A model generated the notes under the pieces. It did not search any database, was not told the DNA's origin, and was given only the letters and a program-made list of their open reading frames with translations. The position numbers and the translations under genes are program-made. Shown here piece after piece: positions 16,804 through 25,686 of a stretch of DNA of 35,433 nucleotides. The stretch is from Clostridia bacterium (GTDB lineage: Bacteria; Bacillota; Clostridia; Christensenellales; RUG350). The stretch spans positions 1 to 35,433 of the forward strand of contig JAZQYG010000093.1 of the NCBI GenBank assembly GCA_045633305.1, written 5' to 3'. Positions within the stretch are counted from its first letter, which is position 1. Every line of letters begins with the position of its first letter.

Positions 16804-18633
16804 ATGAGAAACGTTAACGAATACAAATTACTTGTTCCCGCAAAAGCGGACTTTTATGAAGAATACGCAAGACAAGAATTCGTCGCTCTTTACAAAATGG
16901 CGACGGGCAAAGATATATTGACCGTTACTGACGAAGTGATTTTTGTAGACGGCGCGAAAGTTATATCACTTGGAAGAACTAACCTTTTGAAAGAAAGCAG
17001 AGTGACGGCAGATTACGAAAAACTTGGTCGTGACGGATACAGAATCGTAACGGAAGGAGACACCGTTTTTCTTGTAGGTGGAGGCACTTACGGAACGGTA
17101 TACGCCGTATACGGATTTTTGGCTCGTTTGCTTGGATATAAGTTCTACAACCCAGAAGAAATATATTTTGCTAATCCCAAAAATGAAGAAATCGAGGATA
17201 TGGATATAACGGATATTCCCGATTTTGAAAACAGAACGGGTGGTTGGCATTATTCAAAAAAAGAAAGCGCTTGGGCTATTCGTTATCGCACGTTTAAGTA
17301 TTTTGGGGAAATGGCGGACGGCGAAGAGTTTTTCGGAAGTTGGGCTCATAACCACATAAGAGAGTATTTGCCCACAAACAAATATCTCGGGAAACACCCC
17401 GACTGGTATTCTCCCGAATTTACTCAACTTTGTTTATCCAACGAAGAAATGTGGCCCGAGTTCACGAATCGAGTTATCGAGAGAATAAAAGAAAGACCTA
17501 GAGCGGAATTTTTCCTTTTAGGTCAAGAAGATAGACCTACTTTCTGCGGATGTCCGAGATGTTTGGCTCTTATTGAAAAAATAGGTAGAAGCGGTGTAAT
17601 GATGAGATTTGTCAATTACGTTGCAAGAGAGGTCGAAAAGTGGAGAAAGGAAAACGCTTCCGATAGACATATACTTGTCGGAACGTTTGCTTATCAAAAG
17701 ACTCAAACACCTCCCGTAACTCAAGACGAAAACGGCAATTATATTCCCGTTGACCCGAGCGTTGTTCCCGAGGATAACGTATTTATAATGCTTGCGCCTA
17801 TATCGGCAGACTGTTCTGTAACGATGACCGACTCCGAGCGCAATCCTTCTGCAAAGAAAACTATAGAGGGTTGGTATTCGCTTACTCATAAATGTATACT
17901 TTGGACGTATTGTTCAAACTTTGATAGAAGGTTCGGATTCTTTGATAACTTTCACGTTTTGTCGGACAACTATAAGATTTTCCGAGATTATCAATTCCGT
18001 TGGCTTTATTACGAGAACAGCGCAGGGTTTGGCGGAACTGCTCTTCAACCTTTGCTTTGTTATCTTCACTCAAACCTTGCTTGGAACGCTGACTTTGACG
18101 TAAAAGAGGGCACGGTTGACTTTATGAAACATTACTACAAAGAAGGCGCGGGGGCAATGATTGCATATCTTAAAGGATTTAACGACTTTTACAAGGCGCG
18201 CAAAAAAGAGTACTCCGAAAGAGATAATATTTATTACGGTACTTATCTTTGGAACGCTCAAGAAAAAACGAGCGTATTAGACCCTAATTTCCATACTTGG
18301 GAGTTTGTTTGCGAGAGAGTAAAAAATCTTGACGACGCTGAAAAGGCAATCAAACTTGCTCGCTACAACAAAGAAAGAGAGCAAAAATACTTAAAACGTA
18401 TTTTGATTGAGCGCATGACGGTAAAATTCCTTATTGCGCAGTTCTTTGGACACAAATTTGAGAGCAAAGCAAAGTACGTAGAGTATCTTGATAAATTCAG
18501 AAAAGAAATTGAAAGTTTTGGAATGGAGTCAATTAAGAGAAATCAAACTTTGGATGCAACTTTCGACCAGTGGAAAGAAGACTGGTGTTCAGGTAAAGGC
18601 ACCGACCTTGATATAGGAATCGTAATGAGATAA
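16804..18633 (+). CDS. DUF4838-like cytoplasmic paralogue
   Basis: Same motifs (GTVYAVYGFL, HNH, HPDWYS...QLCLSN, GQED, FCGCPRC, GTFAYQ, LWTYC-NF, LAWN) but no signal peptide. Confidence 0.8.
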   Translation: MRNVNEYKLLVPAKADFYEEYARQEFVALYKMATGKDILTVTDEVIFVDGAKVISLGRTNLLKESRVTADYEKLGRDGYRIVTEGDTVFLVGGGTYGTVYAVYGFLARLLGYKFYNPEEIYFANPKNEEIEDMDITDIPDFENRTGGWHYSKKESAWAIRYRTFKYFGEMADGEEFFGSWAHNHIREYLPTNKYLGKHPDWYSPEFTQLCLSNEEMWPEFTNRVIERIKERPRAEFFLLGQEDRPTFCGCPRCLALIEKIGRSGVMMRFVNYVAREVEKWRKENASDRHILVGTFAYQKTQTPPVTQDENGNYIPVDPSVVPEDNVFIMLAPISADCSVTMTDSERNPSAKKTIEGWYSLTHKCILWTYCSNFDRRFGFFDNFHVLSDNYKIFRDYQFRWLYYENSAGFGGTALQPLLCYLHSNLAWNADFDVKEGTVDFMKHYYKEGAGAMIAYLKGFNDFYKARKKEYSERDNIYYGTYLWNAQEKTSVLDPNFHTWEFVCERVKNLDDAEKAIKLARYNKEREQKYLKRILIERMTVKFLIAQFFGHKFESKAKYVEYLDKFRKEIESFGMESIKRNQTLDATFDQWKEDWCSGKGTDLDIGIVMR

Positions 18634-18820
18634 GGCGCGCAAACAAATTGCGTAATGGTTGCGACGTGTTTATCAAGGACTAGCATCATAGATTCTTGAT
18701 GGATTTAGACGCAAACTTGACGGATTTGAAAGGAGCGCAGTCAAACGAAACGCGACTTTGGATGAGGTATTCGAGGACTAGAAAAGCAAACGCAAAGAGC
18801 AGACCTAATCGGAGGAAATT

Positions 18821-21800
18821 ATGAAAAAAGTATTATTTTTCGTCTTAATAATAGCCGTACTTACCGTCGGTTGTTTAGTTGGGTGTGACGGATGCTCGGA
18901 AGAGGAAATCACGGTTACGCTTAACAAAGAACAGGTGGTTATCAAAAAAATCGGCGGAACGGAACAACTAACGGCAAAGGTATCTAACGACGGCGCAGTA
19001 GAGTGGGCGTCGTTAGACGAGGAAATTGCAACCGTAACTCAAGAAGGTTTAGTAACTGCTCTTTCAAACGGAGTAACTCAAATTACGGCAACGAGCGGAG
19101 GAGTAACAGCCGTTTGTACCGTTGAGGTAAACGAACCGATAATTCCCGAGCCCGGACTAATCGTGAGTTTTTCAAAAACGTCCGCCTCCCTTAACGCATC
19201 GACGGGGGAAACTTATACTCTCGTACCTAACGTTCTCAAAAACAATCAACCTTTGAGCGAAGGCGTTACTTTAGAGTGGTCGAGTTCTGCTCCTGAAAAA
19301 GCGTCGGTAGTAAACGGTTTGGTTACCGCCCTTTCAAGCACAGAGCAAGGTGTACCCGTCGTTATAACTTGCAGGGCAACCTACGGAGACGAGTGGGCGG
19401 AAGCGCGTTTCTACGTAACGGTAAAAGACGACATTGATATCTTGTTCTTGACCGAGCAAACCAAATTTTATACCACGGATGCGGAAATTGCTCTTCCCGT
19501 GTCTGTAAAAATCAACGGAGTAGAGACAAGCGTAATTCCCGAATATTCTTCCACTGACGTTTCCGTTGCAAAAGTAGTGGCGGGCAAAATACTTCCCGTT
19601 GGCGCGGGTGAAGTTACGATTTTTGCAAACGTTAACGGTGAAGTTAAATCGTATCAAATAATCGTAAAACAAAAATTCTTCGTATCAAATGCGCAAGAGT
19701 TTATGAATATTTCAAAAGGTAGCGACAAGGTTACCTACGAATTAACTCAAAATATCGAACTAACTAACGCAAACGTACAAACCATGAATATAGGTGGAAC
19801 GGCTATAAAAACGGCTCTTACCTATTTTGTGGATTCGTTTAAAGGAGAACTTATAGGTAACGGCTACACGGTAAAATACGTATATACCGCGCCGTACGAC
19901 GGAGTAAACGTTACTTCGGATAGATTTATCGGATTGTTCAAAAATATCGAATCTACCGCTCTCATTAGAGAAACGGCTTTCGTAGGAGAGGTAACTTTTG
20001 ACTATCCTCACCAAATTGCATTTGCTCAAATCAACGAAGGCGTTATTGAAAACTGTTTCATAAGAACGGCTCGTAGACAATTAACCAGTGGCACTGGTTG
20101 GCAAGGGCATTATAACGTAGCGGGTTCAATGTTTGAAACCCAACACGGCACAATCAAAGATAGCGTCGTATACGGAGAGTTTTTCGCAGGAGGAACTACT
20201 TTGTCCGACTCTGGTGACAATATCGTAAGTTACGGAACGAAAAACTTTGGTAGATACGACAACGTAGCGTTTATATCTAAATTTAGTAGAATAGGTAACC
20301 ATACCGGAGCAAACTGGTCTTCCGCAATGGGTAAAGACGAATTCGTGAATTTCGTTTACTATCCAGGCGTAGAAGCCTTTATAGCAAAAGAAGGACAAAG
20401 AATCACTAATCCTAACGATTCGAGCAAATACGCGGAATACGTACGTACCGATTGTAACGACCAGACCTTTGATTCTTCGATATGGCAAATGAGCGAAGAA
20501 TACCTTTCGATAAACGGTAGAAAGGTTTGGGAAAAAGGAAACGTTACACTCAACCGTCAAGCAATAGCGCTAGTAGATGACGTTAGCGAAACCTTTACTC
20601 TCCTTCCTACTACGGACCATGCAGACAAACGATTCACTTATACCTCTCTTGATTCTTCCGTCGCAACGGTAAACGCAGAAGGTAAAGTTGAGTTTGTTGG
20701 AGCAGGTCAATGTAATATCGTAGCAAAACACTTTGTAACCAGTCAAACGGCTTTGCTTAAAGTGTACGCATACTCAAGCGTAACCGAAGTCAACACCAAA
20801 GACGGACTTTTGAACGCAATGAGAACTTCTACCGCAAGCACTGCTATCTCGCTCACGGGAGACGTTGAAATAACTCAAAGCGATTTTATTGAAGTAGTTG
20901 ACGAAAATGCGCAAGCGGGAGCAGTAAAACAAAAATTTGCTTACGCTGTAGAATCGTTTAAGGGCGCAATTATCGGCAATAGTCACAAGATAAGTTGGCA
21001 ATATAACGATTCAACTTCTTTCGTGGCAGGAGACCAAACCACCTATAGCGATATATATTTCAAAGGCGTAATTCAAAACCTTGAATCTACCGCGCTTATT
21101 ATCGATACCATTATAGAAGGCGAAAGCGTAATAGAAGGGGACGGCCAACCCGCTCTCATTAGTAACGTTTACGGTACGATAGAGAGTTGTTATATCAACT
21201 CCGTACGTCGTCAATTAACGTCTGGCGCAAATTATAGCGCGACTTCTGGTAACTGGAACGCAACTGCTGGAACGTTTGAGAAAAATGAAGGACTAATTGC
21301 AAACTGTATAATCGTATCCGACGCGTACAAAGCAGGAACGATTCGTGACTCTGCAAAACTCGTTTACAAAGGAGACGCATCAAAAGGTGAATTCAAAAAC
21401 GTAGCCCTCGTTCAATTCGGTGGCAAGAATGTCGGAACGAGAAACGGCGCAAACAATAACGGTCCTTTGTACGACTCTCATATGCAGGGGCTCGTTTGGT
21501 ACTCCTCGTTGAGTGAAATAGCAGAGGAAAAAGGTCAACTCGTTACTAATAAAGACCGTAATATGGTGTACGAGTACGAAGAGTATAACGCTCTTCAAAA
21601 CCTTGGCTCGGCTTGGACGATTAATCAAACTATGGACGACGAATACATTAAACTCGGAAACGTTACCATATGGCAAAAAGTCGTTATGGTAGACGACGAG
21701 GCGGACTTTATTTCAAAAGCAAGTTCGGCGCAATCAGGCACCATACTCAAATTAAGCAAAGATTTGACTTTTGATAGCGACGACTTCACCGTCGTTGATA

Positions 21801-22558
21801 ACGGCGCAACGGGAACGAAAACCAAAGACGCGTATATCGTTGAAACCTTAAACGCAAAACTTCTCGGAGACGGACACAAGATAAGTTGGTATTACAATAA
21901 ATCAACGGATTTCGTTCAAGGAGATAATTCAACTATAAGCGAAGAATCTTTTTGCGGTGTGTTTAAAACCGTGGGGCAAGGCTCGGTTATAAGTAACGTA
22001 CTTTTCGTCGGTGAAACCGTAGTCGATTTAGACGAACAACCCGCTTTTATTAGCACGCTCAACGGCAAGATAGAAAATTGCTATATTGACGTTGTTCGTA
22101 GACAACTTAGAAGCGGAAGAATTACCGACGACGGTAACGCTAACTGGCAAGCAGCAGGTGGACTTATAAAAGCAAACGAAGGCACGATAAATAGTTGCGT
22201 AATTTGGGCCAAAGGCTTGAACGGTAGTACGTCAACCACGGATGCCGGCGCAAAACTCGTGTTTAGAGGAACGACGGCAGGAAGGTTTACTAATATTGCA
22301 TATATCTCGGCAGATAGGAAGATTGCAAATAGAAATGGAGCAAACGAAAACTCTTATCTTCTTGGCGAACAAATGGACAACTTTGTATACTATGCAAGTT
22401 TGGCTAATTTAGTAAACGCAACTGGAAGCGAAGTAACCAACCCCGACGGAGCGAAATACGTATTCGTAGATTATACCGAAGCGCAAAATATAGGCTCGGC
22501 ATGGACTATAGACCAGTCGGGAATAAAACTTTACGATAAATACGTATATAACGCTTAA
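18821..22558 (+). CDS. Surface lipoprotein with Big_2-like Ig domains and three beta-helix-like repeat modules
   Basis: GGAGG SD, lipobox LVG-C. Ig motifs W-x-S-x-D-x-x-IATV...G-x-VTA...G-x-T-x-ITA. Three modules carry F-K-G-x-x-x-G-N/D-G/S-x-x-I and I-E-N/S-C-Y/F-I...RRQL(T/R)SG. Confidence 0.85.
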   Translation: MKKVLFFVLIIAVLTVGCLVGCDGCSEEEITVTLNKEQVVIKKIGGTEQLTAKVSNDGAVEWASLDEEIATVTQEGLVTALSNGVTQITATSGGVTAVCTVEVNEPIIPEPGLIVSFSKTSASLNASTGETYTLVPNVLKNNQPLSEGVTLEWSSSAPEKASVVNGLVTALSSTEQGVPVVITCRATYGDEWAEARFYVTVKDDIDILFLTEQTKFYTTDAEIALPVSVKINGVETSVIPEYSSTDVSVAKVVAGKILPVGAGEVTIFANVNGEVKSYQIIVKQKFFVSNAQEFMNISKGSDKVTYELTQNIELTNANVQTMNIGGTAIKTALTYFVDSFKGELIGNGYTVKYVYTAPYDGVNVTSDRFIGLFKNIESTALIRETAFVGEVTFDYPHQIAFAQINEGVIENCFIRTARRQLTSGTGWQGHYNVAGSMFETQHGTIKDSVVYGEFFAGGTTLSDSGDNIVSYGTKNFGRYDNVAFISKFSRIGNHTGANWSSAMGKDEFVNFVYYPGVEAFIAKEGQRITNPNDSSKYAEYVRTDCNDQTFDSSIWQMSEEYLSINGRKVWEKGNVTLNRQAIALVDDVSETFTLLPTTDHADKRFTYTSLDSSVATVNAEGKVEFVGAGQCNIVAKHFVTSQTALLKVYAYSSVTEVNTKDGLLNAMRTSTASTAISLTGDVEITQSDFIEVVDENAQAGAVKQKFAYAVESFKGAIIGNSHKISWQYNDSTSFVAGDQTTYSDIYFKGVIQNLESTALIIDTIIEGESVIEGDGQPALISNVYGTIESCYINSVRRQLTSGANYSATSGNWNATAGTFEKNEGLIANCIIVSDAYKAGTIRDSAKLVYKGDASKGEFKNVALVQFGGKNVGTRNGANNNGPLYDSHMQGLVWYSSLSEIAEEKGQLVTNKDRNMVYEYEEYNALQNLGSAWTINQTMDDEYIKLGNVTIWQKVVMVDDEADFISKASSAQSGTILKLSKDLTFDSDDFTVVDNGATGTKTKDAYIVETLNAKLLGDGHKISWYYNKSTDFVQGDNSTISEESFCGVFKTVGQGSVISNVLFVGETVVDLDEQPAFISTLNGKIENCYIDVVRRQLRSGRITDDGNANWQAAGGLIKANEGTINSCVIWAKGLNGSTSTTDAGAKLVFRGTTAGRFTNIAYISADRKIANRNGANENSYLLGEQMDNFVYYASLANLVNATGSEVTNPDGAKYVFVDYTEAQNIGSAWTIDQSGIKLYDKYVYNA

Positions 22559-22570
22559 AAGTCCACGAAG

Positions 22571-22605
22571 TTGACTATTGCAAAAGCAAATAAATATAGT
22601 ATAAT
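22571..22605 (+). promoter_or_regulatory. Internal sigma-A promoter for the small peptide and the 898-aa protein
   Basis: TTGCAA(22578)-16 bp-TATAAT(22600), or alternatively TTGACT(22571)-18 bp-TATAGT. Confidence 0.65.
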
Positions 22606-22610
22606 GTGTT

Positions 22611-22627
22611 TATAGCAAATTGCTATA
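22611..22627. promoter_or_regulatory. Palindromic operator candidate TATAGCAA-A-TTGCTATA
   Basis: Perfect 8-1-8 inverted repeat at the predicted +1; shares the core TAGCA-N3-TGCTA with 6697-6709. Confidence 0.6.
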
Positions 22628-22727
22628 CAAAGCGTATTATTAACTTTCAAAAATAAGCGGTTATCGCTTATAAATAAAAGGTTCTTGACGTATGTGACTC
22701 ACATATTTCATCATAAGGAGGTTTTTT

Positions 22728-22892
22728 ATGAAAAACTATCTTAAGCCGGAAGTTTACATAATGAACGTTTCGGCGCTAGAAGGTATATCGGCGACTTTTA
22801 GTTCGTTTGATTCCTTCTCCAGCCTTGCTGAATCGATAACGACTTATCAATTTGGTTCAGGTTTAAATTCTGCGGGAGGTGCAAATCAATGA
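22728..22892 (+). CDS. 54-aa small protein with N-terminal YxxP motif (missing from the ORF track)
   Basis: Perfect SD TAAGGAGG (22714-22721). Translation MKNYLKPEVYIMNVSALEGISATFSSFDSFSSLAESITTYQFGSGLNSAGGANQ. The TGA stop overlaps the next ATG (ATGA). Confidence 0.85.
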   Translation: MKNYLKPEVYIMNVSALEGISATFSSFDSFSSLAESITTYQFGSGLNSAGGANQ

Positions 22893-25585
22893 AAAAATAT
22901 AGCGTTGTATTATTCGTTGTAATGCTCCTTGCTTTGGCGCTCGTTGGTGCGTCTGCATACGCGGAAGGAATTGTAACTACCAACCCCGACATTTACGTAG
23001 GTGAATACGAGCACGGAAGAATTGATTTTTCTGACGACAAAGAAGTATTGATTGTGTTTGGTAGTGCGTCCATCGTAGAATCGGACGGCGTAACCGAGCG
23101 CGGTGTTGCTTTGACTTCGGGAGGAGAAACCAAATATTTCCCCGCAACTAACTACGACAAGACTAACGGAAACTTCGGTGTGGCTCTTATTAAATCTACT
23201 ATCCCCAGTGGCGATTACGTAGCAAAAGCGTACGCAGTAGTTGGCGGAATCGTTCAAGAAGGCGCGTCGCTCAATTTTGATTTCGATACGACTCTCACGG
23301 CAGATGAAAGTGAAATTACCGTAACAGCAAATCAATCCGTCGACCTCAAAAATTTCATAACCGTATCTGACGGCGACAAGGACGAAATCGTTTATACCGT
23401 TGCAACGGAAGATAGCGCAGTGCTTGCTATTAATAACGGCGTCGTTTCATACGTAAGCGGACACGGAACGGCTACGATAACTGCTAAACACGCATTTTCT
23501 GGAAGTTCAGTTGAATTTACTGCAACCGTTTGGGACAAAATCGTTCCTATAAACACTAAAGACGAACTTAGCGCGCTAGCAACCCTTACCACCGCGGATT
23601 CTTATGCGTATTTGACTGATGATATCGAAGTTAGTACCGCTGATATCGTTTCTGCGTCCGGCACTAACGTTACCGATACCGTCGTTCCCGGCGAATTCAA
23701 AGGAACCTTTGACGGTAAAGGATTCAAGGTCGGATATGCTTGGGACTACAAAGAAACTACTAGATGGAGTACAACAAGCGAGAACTCTTTCGGCGGTGTA
23801 TTTGAAAACATCGCGTTAGGCGCAACCGTACGTAACCTCGTTGTAGAAGGTATGAGCGTAGTTCCTTACGACTACGTAGCGCTCTTTGCACACACTAATA
23901 GCGGTTTAGTCGAAAACTGTTTCGTACAAGCAACTACCTTTGCATATTCAGGTAGAAATTACGCGGCTACCAGATTCATCTTTAATACGCAAGGCGGTGA
24001 AGTACGCGACTGCGTATTCAAAGTAGAAAGCGCATCTGGTACGGCAGCTTCTTTTGAAGATACGTATTCTGGTGTAGGCCTTCAACGTTACGGCGCAGGT
24101 CACTGGTACGATATCGCTTGGATATCTTACATAAAACGAGGCTCTTGGACGGGTGGCGTAAATACCGACAAACCTAATAAGCCTGACGGTCAACTTCATA
24201 ACGTAGTTTATTACGCAAACACTGCTAATTTTATTGCTGACGTTGGTAGTACTTATACTATTGCTACCGAGGGTAGCACTTCTGCAGACGGAACGACCGT
24301 ATACGACAAAGAAACCGACGTATTTACCGATATCACCGAACCTCAAACCCTTGGCTCATCTTGGGCAAAAGATTCGACTGAAGGCCTCAAATTCAACGGC
24401 GAGGTAGTACTTGCTCCGAGTTACAGTCAACTTGATTACGTTTCTACGGATAACGGTTCTATCGTGTTTACCGAAGCAGGTCAAAGTGAAACTATAAAAA
24501 TGTACTTCGCAGAAGAAGAAAGCCATTACTTCACTATGAGTACCGCAAATAGCGACGTTGCTACCGTTACTGCAAGTGGCAAAGTCACCGCAGTAGGCGT
24601 AGGCGCTACCACGATTACCGTTCGTCACGCTTTCTCGAATAAGACTATAACTATTCGCGTAGTATTTGCAGACCCTGAAAAAACTTATGCAATCTCTTCG
24701 GCAAGTGACTTAGTGTCGCTTGATACGACCAAAATGTCGTCTGGCAGTGCGTATGCATATCTTACCGGTCCTATTACCGTGACTAAAGCAGATATGATAA
24801 CCGTTGCAAATGGAAGTAATACTGAATACACCATAATTCCTCTTGCCGCTTACGGAACGAGCACCACTAGCGGATTTAAAGGCGTTCTTGACGGAAAGGG
24901 TTATCCTATTAATTACACCTTCGAAGCCACCGAGACCACCGAGAGTTTCATCGGTTTCGTTCGTAGCATAAGCGATAGCGGTCTTTTGAGAAACCTCGTT
25001 GTAAACGGCAATATAACTGCTCTTTCTTCGGGAACGGTTCAAATTACTTATTATAACAAAGGTCATATAGATAACTGTTTGTTTAATACTAACGTTAGCC
25101 AAACCGCTTCAGGAGGAACTTCCGGATATAGAACGCATATTGTTCAAAGAAACGCAGGCATAGTTAGAAATTCTATCTTTATAAGCAACTTCGATTATAT
25201 GGGAACGTATGAAACCAACACGGTACATTATCAAGCGCATACCGGATACAAACTTGAAAATTGCGCTCTCGTAGGTATTCACGAAAGAATAGCAACTATT
25301 AACGGTATTAACTGGGGTGCGATGGGTAGTGCAGACTACTACGGAATTTCAAGATACCTAAATCTCGAAAACTTTATTGCGGGCATAGGAACGAGAGTTA
25401 CTGGAGCGGCTATAGATGAGACTTCAACTCCCGCTAAATATGGCACGAGCATAAAATATTATCACACTCCGTTTACGGGTGTTGCTAAGAAAATTGGCAA
25501 GTTCGTCGTAGATTCGACCAACAAGACTATCACGATGGACGTAGACGGCGTAGACAAAGTAGTTTACACTACTCCTGCAAATTAA
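22889..25585 (+). CDS. Secreted protein with Ig-like domains and two beta-helix-like modules, paralogous to 18821-22558
   Basis: Signal peptide ending AYA, GGAGG SD, FKGTFDGKG and FKGVLDGKG modules with VRNLVV-G and ENC/DNC, Big_2-like STANSDVATVTASGKVTAVGVG; no anchor motif seen. Confidence 0.85.
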   Translation: MKKYSVVLFVVMLLALALVGASAYAEGIVTTNPDIYVGEYEHGRIDFSDDKEVLIVFGSASIVESDGVTERGVALTSGGETKYFPATNYDKTNGNFGVALIKSTIPSGDYVAKAYAVVGGIVQEGASLNFDFDTTLTADESEITVTANQSVDLKNFITVSDGDKDEIVYTVATEDSAVLAINNGVVSYVSGHGTATITAKHAFSGSSVEFTATVWDKIVPINTKDELSALATLTTADSYAYLTDDIEVSTADIVSASGTNVTDTVVPGEFKGTFDGKGFKVGYAWDYKETTRWSTTSENSFGGVFENIALGATVRNLVVEGMSVVPYDYVALFAHTNSGLVENCFVQATTFAYSGRNYAATRFIFNTQGGEVRDCVFKVESASGTAASFEDTYSGVGLQRYGAGHWYDIAWISYIKRGSWTGGVNTDKPNKPDGQLHNVVYYANTANFIADVGSTYTIATEGSTSADGTTVYDKETDVFTDITEPQTLGSSWAKDSTEGLKFNGEVVLAPSYSQLDYVSTDNGSIVFTEAGQSETIKMYFAEEESHYFTMSTANSDVATVTASGKVTAVGVGATTITVRHAFSNKTITIRVVFADPEKTYAISSASDLVSLDTTKMSSGSAYAYLTGPITVTKADMITVANGSNTEYTIIPLAAYGTSTTSGFKGVLDGKGYPINYTFEATETTESFIGFVRSISDSGLLRNLVVNGNITALSSGTVQITYYNKGHIDNCLFNTNVSQTASGGTSGYRTHIVQRNAGIVRNSIFISNFDYMGTYETNTVHYQAHTGYKLENCALVGIHERIATINGINWGAMGSADYYGISRYLNLENFIAGIGTRVTGAAIDETSTPAKYGTSIKYYHTPFTGVAKKIGKFVVDSTNKTITMDVDGVDKVVYTTPAN

Positions 25586-25610
25586 TTGCAGTAGAAGGCT
25601 AATTGACTAA

Positions 25611-25648
25611 TTAAAACGCTCTATGCCACTGGGCGTAGAGCGTTTTAA
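25611..25648. terminator. Long hairpin / terminator after the surface-protein genes
   Basis: TTAAAACGCTCTATGCC-actg-GGCGTAGAGCGTTTTAA, a 17-bp stem with one G-U pair. Confidence 0.75.
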
Positions 25649-25686
25649 CAAAGGCGCAAAAGCGCTTAATATTAACGGACGAAAAA

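Noticed and set aside
10917-25102. Many 60-215 aa minus-strand ORFs within the accessory locus
   Set aside because: All are antisense to long, motif-bearing + strand genes and lack family features.
22728-25585. Complete lasso-peptide or other RiPP biosynthetic cluster
   Set aside because: Only the YxxP-bearing small ORF is present; no cyclase, peptidase, RRE, radical SAM or exporter gene lies in the window.
18821-25585. CRISPR array, DGR or invertible shufflon behind the repeated modules
   Set aside because: The repeats are diverged protein-level duplications. There are no regularly spaced identical DNA repeats, reverse transcriptase or recombinase.
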